64,000 nt of DNA from Felis catus (Eukaryota). The position numbers and the translations under genes are program-made. The stretch spans positions 90,584,001 through 90,648,000 of the forward strand of contig NC_058368.1 of assembly GCF_018350175.1 (NCBI RefSeq). The letters are read 5' to 3'. Position 1 is the stretch's first letter; every line of letters begins with the position of its first letter. Positions 25,400 through 38,825 of this stretch are shown piece by piece. The notes below the pieces were generated by a model. The model ran no database searches. It saw only the letters and a program-made list of their open reading frames with translations, and had not been told where the DNA came from.

Positions 25400-26292
25400 G
25401 TGGGGATGGATGGTTGGTTGGATTTGTCACTTTTCTTATGGTAAACAATTAAATCCATATTCTCTCTGCTTAGAAGAAAGAAACCTATTTTCTAGTCCCA
25501 ATTGATGTTTTGCCACAATTTTCAAATTCCCTATATTAAAGTCCCATAAAGCATTCAGATTAAAGTTTAGGTTTTAAAATTGTCCCCAGTTAATTTGGTC
25601 TCCCTTACGATACTGTAAGATTCCAAGATTCCTAATTCTAATCGATAGAGTTGAGAGACTATGGCTTTAAAAAATGTTAATGCAAACCTGGCTTTAGCTG
25701 TAATAACACCCACCTAGTAAATTAATATTACCATAAGAAAATGTGATACTTTCTGATCTTGTTTTTAAAGTTGAAATGCAACAAACTTTTTCTTGCTGTA
25801 TAAATATTCTGCATATGTATTAATAAGCATAGCTTTCAAGAAATTGTCACAAAAGGTTTTATTCTCTTTGCTTGTGACTATTTTTCATTGAAGCATGCGC
25901 TTACCTATGCTGATTTCTACTAAAAGCATAGGCCTGGGGTATTATTGGCGAAAGAAAATGTGTAGTGTGGGCTAGACTGTTGGTGGAGGCTGGCTTTTTA
26001 GCCCACTTGCTATACATGATGCCAATGGATTTAAGACATGAAATGTTGAAAGTTGAGTGGAATTCTTTCCCTCCTAAAACATTTATTTGTAGTACTCCTC
26101 TCTACCCCTAAGGTTGGGCTCTCTGCCTCAGAGGAGTGAGTTATACTCTATAAATACAATTTACATTAAATCTTACAATTGAGTGAATTTCTGGTCATTG
26201 CCTATGCAAATATAAGAAATCTGGCTTTAAATATTAGTCAGTTTCATGGCTATGACTACATTGTTTTCTTGTGTAACTAAATACCTGTATGA

Positions 26293-26535
<243 letters not shown>

Positions 26536-26538
26536 TGA

Positions 26539-26885
<347 letters not shown>

Positions 26886-27016
26886 TAAATTTACAGGTTG
26901 TCTATTTCAGGAGAGCATTAAAAACTTGGTTCTTAGTCTAAGTGAAACAGTACGCTATAAATTTGTGTTTTCTAACAATAGAGATTTGACTTATTCTCTG
27001 AAATACTTATATTTAG

Positions 27017-27157
<141 letters not shown>

Positions 27158-27208
27158 TGAGATTTAAGTGTCTTGGCCGGGGGTCTCTACAGATGGTTGA
27201 GTGACCAG

Positions 27209-27347
27209 TGTTTGTGATAGAGAAATAGTAGGGATGTATGAGAAATTCGGTCTGATAATGAGTTAGTTCTTTGGTTTGTTTGTGATAGAGAAATAGTAGG
27301 GATGTATGAGAAATTCGGTCTGATAATGAGTTAGTTCTTTGGTTTGT
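27209..27347 (+). repeat. Perfect 68-bp tandem duplication in an HNRNPH1 intron
   Basis: TGTTTGTGATAGAGAAATAGTAGGGATGTATGAGAAATTCGGTCTGATAATGAGTTAGTTCTTTGGTT, two copies. Confidence 0.95.
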
Positions 27348-27540
27348 GTTTAAAAAATGTGGGTTTAGTGGGATTGGAAGGGGTTTGTGATGAGAACATG
27401 GACTTGAATTATAGCCTTAATTGACTTAATTTAGATGAATGTTTAAATCAAAAGGCTGGTTTTTGAAATGTGCATAGTCCAATTGCCTGAGAAGCAGCTA
27501 GACTTTTTTTTTTTTTTTTTTTTTTACCAAAAGTATTTGA

Positions 27541-27887
<347 letters not shown>

Positions 27888-28515
27888 TAGTTTTTTTAAA
27901 AACCAAAACATATCTATATAAGTCGATTATATAAGTTAAGTTAATTTATATTTTAATGAGTTTAGCATAAGTTAGGCAAAGAGTTTTCAATTTGAATTTT
28001 GTCTGGCTTATTTAAATCCTTGTGAGTTAATGTAAAAACTGTTTAGATGACTAGTTTTAAGTACTTTTGGGGGAGGGGATGGCAGAAACTAGTTCGGTTG
28101 TCTTTATGAAGTATAAGTCTAAAATTAACTAAAAAGCACAGGATCAATAAATTGTTGGGCATAGTTGGGCATAATTAGGTGTTCAGTTATACCTGTGTAT
28201 TCATATAACCTTACTGTATAAACTATGGGGTAAAACCCCACTAAATCCAGTTAAGCAGTATCTTAAGGTCTTCTCAAAATGCCTCTACTTTATGGAATCA
28301 TGTGCATTTAGTCCTGCTGATGTGCATACTGTTGGCCTTTTGGTTTATAAATGTTTGACTAGTTCATACGATGGATAGGTAGTTTTGGTCATAGGCAATA
28401 GGCAGAAGGAGACAGAGGATTATAGTAATATAAAATCAAAACTGGAAAATCATAGATTTAGAATTACAAGCCCGGTACCACCAGGTACCACATTACATAT
28501 GGCACAAGGTTCTAA

Positions 28516-28650
<135 letters not shown>

Positions 28651-29098
28651 TGAGATAAGTTTTAGGCAGGTTTCTTTAGTTGGGGGAATATGCAGGCTTC
28701 TTTTTGGTGAAATTGGGGTTAATAAATAATATGCTTTTGATCCAAATGTAACTTGTTCTTTTAATAGCTTAATTTTCAGAACCAATCTTTGGGAGGGGGA
28801 AGTGTTGTATAAATTATTAGTCATTGCAACTTGGAATAATGTCGAGCCAGAAAACATCTGCCTCCATTTATTTAAAAAATTGTTCATCTTTTTTTTTTTT
28901 TTTTTCTGTCTTTTCGTTAGCATTAAATCCATTTTAGATGGAGGGAGAATTTTATAAAGTAGAATGGTGGTTGGGTTCAGGACCGTATTTACTAGTCAGT
29001 TTTATCCTAGGATTGCTTTTATTTGATTTTTTTTTTCAATTGGTCTAAAGAATGGTGATTTTGGTATTATAGTCTTACCCTACAAAATCCTTTTGCAG

Positions 29099-29148
29099 AC
29101 CAAGTTTTACAGGAAAACTCCAGTGATTTTCAATCAAACATTGCATAG
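29099..29148 (+). CDS. HNRNPH1: hnRNP H1 coding exon 12 (DQVLQENSSDFQSNIA*)
   Basis: TTTTGCAG acceptor. The TAG stop is the last 3 nt of the exon, followed by a GTAAAT donor. The summed CDS is 1350 nt. Confidence 0.95.
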
Positions 29149-29748
29149 GTAAATATTTTCTCAAAAAATATAATTTAAATTCCCAATAGCAAATACTGAT
29201 ATGTTGTAATAACACTATTTCTATAGCAGTCAATGGCTCTGACTTAACTCCATGGAGGCTGCCATTTTGGGCACAGTGAGTTGCCTTTAGTCCAACTTTT
29301 GTCGTCTCACTTCCTGCCCACCATGAATAGGAAAAGCAAGAGACTGCCCCTGTCCTCCCTATTCATATATGCCATTCGATGGACACATTGTGAATGTTTA
29401 TGGTAAAATTTTTTTTTTAAAATGCCTTGTTTAGCTTTAAAAACAACATGAAGTAATTTTGCAATTTTTGAAAAACACTAGTTTTCCTTTAAACTTAATT
29501 TTCTATGTTGATCCTGAAGCATCCAATTAAATGGTAGCACGAGAGTCTGGCAAGTTGGTACTGCAGAGAAAAGGGGTTAATTGAGACTTGTTTGGAGTCG
29601 GGAGTCCCCTTTCCCAAACATGCTTCTCGCCACTTGGACAGCAGCCATTTGTACTCGTATACTTTTTAAACTTTTTCTTGGAATGCTATATTTTATTTGA
29701 CTGATAATCTGATAATTCTCCTGACTTGTAATATTGATCTCTTTGCAG

Positions 29749-29867
29749 GCAGCCAAGGAGCAGTGAACAGCAGCTACTACAGTAGTGGAAGCCGTGCATC
29801 TATGGGAGTGAACGGAATGGGAGGGATGTCTAGCATGTCCAGTATGAGTGGTGGATGGGGAATGTAA
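29749..29867 (+). CDS. HNRNPH1: Alternative hnRNP H1 C-terminus in the terminal exon (GSQGAVNSSYYSSGSRASMGVNGMGGMSSMSSMSGGWGM*), used if 29099-29148 is skipped
   Basis: CTTTGCAG acceptor. The frame is open in phase with coding exon 11 up to TAA at 29865-29867, predicting 472 aa. Confidence 0.8.
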
Positions 29868-30484
29868 TTGATCCTGATCACAGACTCTTGGTCAACATTT
29901 TTTAAAGAAAAAAGTTTAACAGTTTTGCAATACAAGCTTGTGATTTATGCTTACTCTAAGTGGAAATCAGGATTGTTTTAAAGACTTAAGGTTCAGTATT
30001 TTTGAACACAAACTTTCATCTAGGATGTAACAACCGAGTAAACTATAACTGTTAAACAATTTTCAGCTTTTCTCTAGTTATATAGTAGGATGTACTTAAG
30101 CAGTAAGTGTATTTAGGTTAAAGCAGTTGAATTATGTTAAATGTTGCTCTTATACCACATTACATTGAACACTGTTTGGATGCATGTTGAAAGACATGCC
30201 TTTTTTTTTTTTTTTTTGTAAAACTCAATATAGGAGCTGTGTCTACAATTAAAAGTGAAAACATTTGGCATGTTTGTTAATTCTAGTTTCATTTAATAAC
30301 CTCTAAGGCACGTAAGTTTAAGTTTTTTTTTTTTTTTTTAAGTTAATGGGGGAAATTTGAGACGCAATACCAATACTTTAGGATTTTGGTCTTGGTGTTT
30401 GTATGAAATTCTGAGGCCTTGATTTAAATCTTTCATTGTATTGTGATTTCCTTTTAGGTGTATTGCGCTAAGTGAAACTTGTCA

Positions 30485-30490
30485 AATAAA
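30485..30490 (+). terminator. HNRNPH1: HNRNPH1 polyadenylation signal AATAAA (proximal ATTAAA at 30248-30253)
   Basis: Lies at the end of the AT-rich 3'UTR and is followed by GT/T-rich sequence. Confidence 0.8.
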
Positions 30491-32999
30491 TCTTCCTTTT
30501 AAAAACTGCACTTTGTCTTGTCTATACTTCAGTGTCATGTGGACTGTTTCTTGGTGCTCTATTCCTGCCCGGGGCGTAGGTGACAGTGGCTCACATCTTT
30601 GGCTGTGGCAGAGAGGCTCGGCAGTTGAGGCTGTTGTGTAGATGTCGTCAGACTTCCCTCCAGTGCAACTGAAGGTAAATCTAGCTTGTGGGGCCCTTGT
30701 GGAAGGGCTGTGTGTTTGGCCTGGCTGCGTAGGACCTAACCTGAGCTGCCTCTGACTGGCTAAGCGCTTGCGTAAAACATGGAGAGGCAGAAGTGCTCAC
30801 TGCATGTTCTGCATGTTCGCGGAGGCCTGCAGCAGGCATGGCTAAGAAGGAAGTGCCAGGGGTGGCAGGTGGCTGACCAGCAGCCACCCTTCCCACTCTG
30901 ATGGCATCTCTTGAGTTTTTGCTTACGTGGGGTATGGGAGGTCTTCTAGAAGGAGCTAGCCCTCTTAAAGGTGATTGTCTCAAAATTCCTTTAGTACATG
31001 CTTAACACTGCAGACTCCGCTTAAGCCAAATTGAGGATTTGAAGCCACTTGTGTCAGTGCTGAAAATCTCTTTTCATCTTAGGTGAGGTTTGGTTACAAT
31101 CCTAGGTGTTTCTAAGCATCTGTAGATGGCAGCATTGCACAAACGTGTGCAAAAGGCCCTGCAGATGTATTGTGCTGCATCCCCTCTGTGGAGGATGGTG
31201 CTATCCCACATGGTGGAGGGGAACAACTTGCCATCAGCCTGGGGCACACAAGTGTTCTTGGAATCCTTAGCCTGTCTTCAGATTTAGAGAAATAATTTGC
31301 GGGGGAGGCAGCCTTGAGCTTCTGCTGTGTTCTGGACTTCACACTTGCCCCTGGCATCTTGGCTGAGTTATTCAGTGTCTGTGGAACTGACCCCTGTTAA
31401 TGAGAAGGCTCAAGGAAGGTTGCTTGTCTGGCTCTTTAAGTTGTTTTACGTAAGGAATGTCTTTGTTGAGTAAAGGCTCTTTGGAGGTAAAGGGGACGGC
31501 GGGAGTAAGGCTAAGCTAATTCAGAACCATTTGGCTTTTGAAAAGGGAGTATTTAACCCACCATCCTGGTTCTTTGGAACCTTGTGTTCCATGGACTTGA
31601 ACCAAAACCACCTGGGTGCTTGTTAGACCAGAACCTCCAGGTACTGTTGGGAGGTGGCATTCTAACAGGACATCCTTCTTCCTGGCTAATTATCCTGTGC
31701 ATTTAAGCTTGAGAAGCATTGCCTTAGACCACTGTCCCTCATTGCCCGGGTTAGGAAGGTCACCCCACCACAGCCTGAGGATTCCAAAGTTCAGGTGCAT
31801 ATTTGATGTGGCGTGGATAGAAAAGTTGTCTCACTGCAACTAAATATTTGGTAACTGGCAAAAGGGTCCTTTGAATAATGCCTCAGTATCTTGCTTGTTG
31901 GGTGGAGAGGGGGAACATTCTACTTAGTCAAAACAGGAGTCAGGTATTTTCTGTGTGGGCAGATGAGAGCCCATAAGTGAGGTGATGATGAGCCCAAGGC
32001 TCCCCAGTGAGCTGGAATCCAAATTGGGTGCACTGAAAACTGGGTGTACCGCTCTGATGCCAGACCAGTGTGGAATATAGTTCAGGATGTAAGCATTACG
32101 GGAACAGCTGAGTGCTGGAGATTTTACTAAAAAGCTGCTCAGATGAAGCGTCCCTCTTGGCAGCTGCTTTTGCTGCCATCGTACTTCCTGATAGGATGTG
32201 AGAACCTGCATCTCCGAAGGAATGTTGCTCTGGAGCTGGGCGTGTGTATCGACCCAACCTTGCAGAGCTGCCCAGATCTCTTCCCCGCCACCCCCCTCCC
32301 CCCAACTTCCCAACCCCACAGATGTGTTTAAGGGAGCAGCACATATGGAACCTGAGCCAGCCTGTGGGGAACTTTCTGCAGGGTAAGAGCCCAGGAAGAA
32401 GAGGGAGAGCCAGGGCCTCGAGCAGGGGCTGGACAGCTAAGCGGGCCAGGGGACTTATGGGGAAAGTGGGGACTGAGCAGCCAGCACAGGGAGTCCACTG
32501 AGGGCTAGAGAAGGCAGAGGCTCTGCAGATGGATGGATGGACAGGTCTGGACAGCATTACAGCACTTGTTTCATTTCAGACCCCTGGCTGGGGACAGGGG
32601 GTGGGGTGAGCATGTGCTGAGCCCAATTTCACAGCTGACTGCACCTGTCCTAGCCCTACTTTTGAAGTTTGTGAATGACTATCTGGTAGGTGCCTCCCAC
32701 AGGTATCTCCTGCAATCCACTCGCATAAAGGAACAACTTCTGAGCTTTGGTGATGGGCGTGAGGTCACTTCCTCTGTGCCTGTTGGTGGACTTAATGGCC
32801 TATGTTGTCCTCAGCTCACTGGACAGGGCACAGCCTGTACCAGAACCCAGCAGGCTCACCTCAAAGGCAGCTGCCCTCCTTGAGGGCCTTTAGTCCTGAC
32901 ATGGGGGCTGCCCTGAGGCCTCTCCAGAGGCTGACCCTGACCTCTGTGACACGGACACGAGTGCCTATGCTTTCTGCACCGGAGTGAAAAATAAATGAT

Positions 33000-33005
33000 T
33001 TTATT
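33000..33005 (-). terminator. RUFY1: RUFY1 polyadenylation signal AATAAA
   Basis: TTTATT on the + strand, about 415 nt downstream of the RUFY1 stop codon. Confidence 0.7.
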
Positions 33006-33418
33006 GCAGGTCCAAAGACACATATTAACAAGGATGTGATGTGGCAAATCTCTGGCTTCTGAAGCAGGGAAGGCACGGTGCGGGGGGGCGGAACTGGTTG
33101 CTCATTATACTAGTACGACTGCCATAAAACCGGACAATTTTTTTGAAAAGTGAAAAATGACAGTAGCAAAATCATGAAGTTACACTGGAGCCAAAGCCAG
33201 TGATGTAGCCAAGTGAGAAGGAAGCATCCAGACAGGTTAGCAGATAGGTTAATTCCATACAGTCCGGAAAGGAGAGGCGTGTACCTTCCATTCCGCCATG
33301 CTGTGTGCACAGCCGGCCAGGATCGCGTTCCTTCCTGCTTCCCCAAGCCCCTGGGCATCCCCCGAGACCCACAGAGTTTGGCACTGTTCTGAGGCTGCCT
33401 CGCCGACGCCCTGTGTGC

Positions 33419-33565
33419 TTAGGAGCCAGTGGACGAGGAGCAGCGCTGCAGGAGCAGCGTGTGGCAGCTGTCGCACACACGCACGGGCTTGGGGTAGGAG
33501 GGCAGTGCTAGCTCGTTGCTGGAACACGTGTTGCAGAAGATGTGGCCGCAGTTACGGCAGTGGTG
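33419..33565 (-). CDS. RUFY1: RUFY1 last coding exon ([48 protein letters not shown]), FYVE finger
   Basis: FYVE signature (RRK)HHCRxCG...RVC, CTGCAG acceptor, 147 nt. Confidence 0.96.
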   Translation of the reverse strand, partial: HHCRNCGHIFCNTCSSNELALPSYPKPVRVCDSCHTLLLQRCSSSTGS

Positions 33566-34685
33566 CTGCAGGACAGAGAGACCGTCATGGTGTGCTGTGC
33601 TCCCCCATCCGTACACCCACTTTGTTCTTACAGCCTTTGGGGGAGGGATCTTAAAACCTAAGGCAGACTTGCAGATGTGTCAGTTTGGAAGGGGTCCTTG
33701 CAGACCTTTGTTTCTACAGTCCTGTGCCTCTAAGGTCTGCAGAGTGGTGGTGGAGGGGCATGCGCTTGTATGAATCAGGCTCTTTTCCTTCAGAATGTGT
33801 TTACTGGAGTTGGGGGCCCTGGTTCAGTCCCTGCAATCCCTGCACCCTGTGGTGGGACCCCAGGTTTCTTTAGCCAGCCAGCCCCTCCTGATGGGTGTCT
33901 TACTTTGTGAAGAACTACCTAAGCCTTGGGCAGAACGCCAAGACCAGAATCCATGTAGAAATCTGTCATTTCTGCCAACAGCCCAACCCCATCAGGCTAG
34001 ACAATGAACCTCTGCCAGGCCGTTCACAGGTGGGGATGGAGAGGCCCTAGTGTCCAGCAGGCCTTGTGGAAAAGCAGGATTTCAACGGTAGCCTTGGGAG
34101 GGCTGTTTCTACCTCTGGACCTACTGCAAGGCACTAAGGTTTGGGAGTTGTACTTTTCCACAGAGAGGCCATTAGCCGGGACCGGTGAGCATGCGCACCT
34201 GTGTAGTAGTGGATGGGGTACTGTGGGCTGTAGAGGTTTCCAGTTTTGCTTGGCATCTATATCCTGCCCCTATCATGCCCAACTGGTCACTCAAAGCCCT
34301 GTCAACCCTGGACCAAAGGTATAGGACCTTCTGTTCCTGGAGCCTGAGGGCAGGCTGTACACTGGCAGAGGCAGACTTACCAGGGCACTGGCCCTACCCA
34401 GATGCCAGTGAGCTTTTGGTGCCACTTGGGGGGCCTGTCCGGAGACTCGCTGCTCACCGGTTCTCTAGAGATTGTTTTTGCCTCACTTTGCCAGATGTTG
34501 GTCCTGTTGCTTAAAATGAATTTTCAATGATCTGCTCACCTAGACTAGCTCTGGGCATGAGCTGGGAAACCATCTCCGTGGGCCAGCAGACCAGCAAGTG
34601 TGATCACAGTGCGGTGGCCCCTGTGGGACTGGGGGTGGGAGGGGAGCCCCACCTGTGTGAGCCAATGGAGGGCCACCCCACGTAC

Positions 34686-34763
34686 CTTTCTTCGGGAAAT
34701 GGAGAACTCCTTTTCACACTGCTTACAGTGCGTTGCTTCATCGTCTTTCAGCCAAGTATGGCC
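34686..34763 (-). CDS. RUFY1: RUFY1 exon ([26 protein letters not shown]), FYVE N-half
   Basis: WxxD motif, CCCCAG acceptor, GTACG donor, 78 nt. Confidence 0.95.
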
Positions 34764-36263
34764 CTGGGGGAGGAAAGACCACCACAGAATCCCAGTTTAC
34801 AGCCTGGCTCCTGATGGACCTTTGACTGCCCAATGTCAGTGGCCTACCACTTCTCTAATAGCACCTTTTGAGGGACAGCCACTTTACGCTAGATAGGGCC
34901 TCCTAGGGCCTCCCTGCCCTGACCACAGCTCACATGCTGCAGACCGTCTGCCCTCTGGCCCTGGCTTCCCGGCCTGCAGCCAGATCCCCCAGCTTCCCAG
35001 GAACCTGAGCCTTCCCCACCCCCTTTCAATAAATGCCCTTCGGCTGAGGTAACAAGAGTCAGGATCTGATGCCTGCAACCGGATCCTGGCTGAGACATTC
35101 TCCAGTGTCCCCCTGCTGAACTGGCAGGAGGGAGAGGGGCCAGACTGGTCAGCCAGACCAGGTCTGTGATGGCAGTCCCTGCTGAGACAGAAGGCAACAA
35201 GCCATGGGATGGGAGGCCCTTCTCCACATGCTGAGCCCCCGACCCTCAGAGCGAGGCGGGGAGGCAGGAGTCTCCATTCTACAGAGGCAGCCGCCACTCT
35301 GAAAGCTCTTTCTAAAGGACAACCAGGAGGTATGATTTGTTCAGCTGCAGGGACTGAGCTTTCAAAGGGGCCAAAGACCTGAGAAACTTTTCTGGCTCCT
35401 TAGCCTCTGGTGGATGTCACTTTCTTGGTGACAGAGTGACCCTAAGAGCTGTAGTGTGACCACGCCCAACAGCTCCTTCCTCGAGTGCTGCTGTCACTGT
35501 TGGACATTCCAGCAGTTTTTCAGGGACAGAAAAGCAGCTCACAGCGATCTCCCCTAAGGCGCTGCCTACCTGCAAGGGCGGGGAAGGTACATGATGTTAA
35601 GTCAGGGCTGCCGTAAGCTGCCGTGACAGTTTGCCTCTGCCCTGTGTGCACTAGGGTCTCCATCCAGCAGAGGCCACAAACTCCTGTCTCAGGTGGGCGG
35701 TCCCTTCTCTGAACTGTCCCTGTCCCGACCCTAGTGGGCCAGCCTGGTGCCCGTACCTAGTCACCTGGTCCCCACGTTCCAGCTCTCCGTAGGTGGGTGC
35801 ATCATCCTGCCCTCCCCAAGGTGGTCCAGAAACACGGCCCAGCTCAGGGCTTGAATGGTCCCCAGAAATAGCAGGGTGGCCTCCGGCCCCTCACTTGCAG
35901 GGAGAGGTCTCACGCTCCCTATTCAACAATCCCTGGATCTTTCTGCCACTTTGTGCTTCCTCCATTTGGGCACCTGTGTGGCAGGCCTGGGGTGGAACTA
36001 CGGCTGACAGCTGAGGAGCCCCGATCCAGACCAGGGTTCTGGGCTGGGCCCGCCGCTCAGCAGCACCACCTCTCACCAGGTCACCTGGCTCTGAGCGGCA
36101 CTTTCTGCTCTGTGAACAAGTGCTAACCGCCACTGAAGCCTCAGCTGCACATGCTCACCTGACTTGTGGCAAAACCCAAGAGCACATGGGGCTTTCGCAC
36201 TAGCTGACCAACAGCTGCTCTTGGGCAGAGATTCTTATGCTAATAACATCAACAATCCAGTAC

Positions 36264-36312
36264 CTTCAGTGCCTTATTTACTTCTTTGATGTCTTCCATC
36301 TTCAGCTTTGAC
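36264..36312 (-). CDS. RUFY1: RUFY1 exon (QSKLKMEDIKEVNKALK)
   Basis: TTCAAG acceptor after a T-tract, GTACTG donor, 49 nt, frame consistent. Confidence 0.93.
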
Positions 36313-38644
36313 CTTGAAGAAAAAAAAAGGCAAAAATCATTTAGAAGCAGTGAGAGGCTCTCAACAGCGACTGTCTGGCTTCGGGAGGGAGACAGGGCTT
36401 ATTGAGAGAGCTGTCCCATAACGTGAGTCATTCTGGAACACTCTTTCTACCTTTTCATCATCCCAGAGCCACCTCTTGAGGTTGGCTCACGTCTGCCATG
36501 CTCCGAGGTTGAGCCTGTGGACTGAACGTGGCCCAAGAACAGACTGTTGATCCTGTAAGCTTTCAGAACACTTGGAAATAGTTGCAGCCATTTAAAGATT
36601 GAGGATACGGGTGCCTGGGGGGCTCAGTTAAGCGTCTGATTCTTGGTTTTGGCTTGGGTCACCATCTCACAGCTTTGTGAGTTCGTGCCCTGCACCGGGC
36701 TCTGCGCTGCAGTGCAGACTCTCTCTCCGTCTGCCCCTCCCCCACTTGGGGTGTCTCTTTCTCTCTCAAAATAAATAAACTTAAAAAATAAAAAGAATGT
36801 CCTAGAAGTCCAGTTTCCTGGCTTCTCTGGGCAACCATTCCTGCATACGGCATGTGCTGGAGTGGGGCTCAGGAACCAGAATCTGCAGGGCTCTCTGGGC
36901 CCTTTTCCTGCTGCCTGCTCCTTTTAGAACAGTCCTGCTCAGAGGACATGGTCATTTGTCCTTGCTCCATTCTTGTTAGGGTAAGAATAATTCGTTAGTT
37001 GTCCACATAAACGACCCACTGAACATGGTCTAAACTGGCAGGATTAAACCAGATAAAATGAAACTGTAAGAAGTTGTAATTGTGGGCGGGTGGGGCAGGG
37101 GGGGATGGTCTGAGCCCTTGAAAGCTGAGATTAGCCTAAACTGTCATTGGATTAACCTAATCCAAGTGTCAAAGTGGCCGGGCTCTGAGACCCGAGCTAG
37201 TCTTCTGGGGGAGGATTAGGAAACTGAGCATCAGGTCCCTTAGAAAAAGACGTTCCCTCCTGCCCTGACCAGCTTAGGAACAGGCCTGCAGACTGACAGC
37301 ACCAGCAGCTGCCTGGGTGGAGAGACCTGGGGACACCAGGTGGAGAGGGCAGCCTGATCGTGCAAGCACTTCCCTGGGAAATAAGCTTGGGAAGGACCCA
37401 GACTTTGGTGACATAAAAAAACCAGGCAGCTGTGTCTGGCTGGTGGAGGGATCTGAAGGGAGTCTTCTCTGGTGTCACCTGGTGACATGAAGAAGGAGGG
37501 AGGGAAGAAGCACAAAGGTTCCCTGGGGAACTCCTGCCTGTGTCACGTGTCCTGACACAGCAACCCCCACGCAGCCCAACTGAGGGATGTCCTGTTCGGT
37601 GTGCATACTACTTCAGTGTTTCTAGTTTCTTCTCCTGGTCACCCTCATCTCTGGACCTTTTCTGGTCAGGGTTTTATTCAGCATGGAGCCTGAGCCCAGG
37701 CTGTGCTGGCCATGACAGCCCTTCTCTCTCTGGTCATCATGCTTATGGCAGGCACCAGAACAGGACTCTGGTGGGGGTGGCAAGTCAACCTGGAGTCCCT
37801 GTGGGAGCCATTCTGCCCTGATGTGGGCCAGAGCCCCTCGTGGTGGAAGCAACAGACAGGACGGCAGAGGTAGGAAGGAGAGACAGTTCTGATGGCTTTT
37901 TCTGCTTCAGACAGTTTGAGTTGGATTTCTGTCCCTCTGAAACCAAGAGTCCTGACTCGGAGAAAAAGCTCCCCCATGGCTTTGAAAATTCAGTAATAGG
38001 GGCACCTGGGTGGCTCAGTCAGTTAAATGTCCGACTTTGGCTCAGGTCTCACAGTTTGTGGGTTGGAGCCTGGAGCCTGCTTCGAATTCTGTGTCTCTCT
38101 CTGCCCCTCCCCTACTCATGCCCTATCTCTTTCAAGAAATATTAAAAAAAACAACAATAATTGCACAGGTGGACATATTCTAGTATCAGCTGTGACCTAT
38201 CAGACTGTCCAGAGCAACCTGGCAGGACTGGGACGTCGGGAAGGAGAGCTGTCCAGTTACAGGACAGACAGAAGCACCAACATCGGCACTCCTGCAGCAG
38301 CAGCCAGCAGAGCAGACAGAAAGACTGGTGGGTGCGAGTATCCAGAAAGGCTGGAGGTGACCGCACTTTGGCTAGGGCAGGCTGGAACCCTCAAACCACA
38401 GTATCTACTCTGGTCTGACTGCAGGCCCAGCAAGCAGCCCGCCCCCACCCATCTGGTTCACCCATCTGGGGTTTCTTAACGCGTTAAACAAGCATTGCGT
38501 CTTCGAGGCCTGACCTCCACCTGGCAGGCCTCCTTCCCAGCCCTCCCTTCCACGACAACACAATTTGGTTCAGAGCCCGGTGGGCAGGCTGGTGTGACTC
38601 CAGGGGGCGGCACAGGGGGCAGGTGAGGGGGACTGGGGTCTTAC

Positions 38645-38739
38645 TGGCTGAGGTGCAGCCCCATTTCCTGGAGGGCCTGTTCCTGCTCCTCGCAAACCTT
38701 CTGCAACTCCGCCTTCTCGTCCTGGAGCTCCCGCAGCTC
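38645..38739 (-). CDS. RUFY1: RUFY1 exon ([31 protein letters not shown])
   Basis: TTTTAG acceptor, GTAAGA donor, 95 nt. Confidence 0.95.
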
Positions 38740-38825
38740 CTAAAACGAACCGACCAGATGCCTGATACGCTGACAGTCTTTTTCTTTCTTTTTTTTTTTT
38801 TTTTTAAAAGGTTTAGCGATCACAG

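Noticed and set aside
30681..32990. ORFs of 80-150 aa between the HNRNPH1 and RUFY1 3' ends
   Set aside because: No recognisable domains, mostly non-ATG starts, and they overlap each other in several frames.
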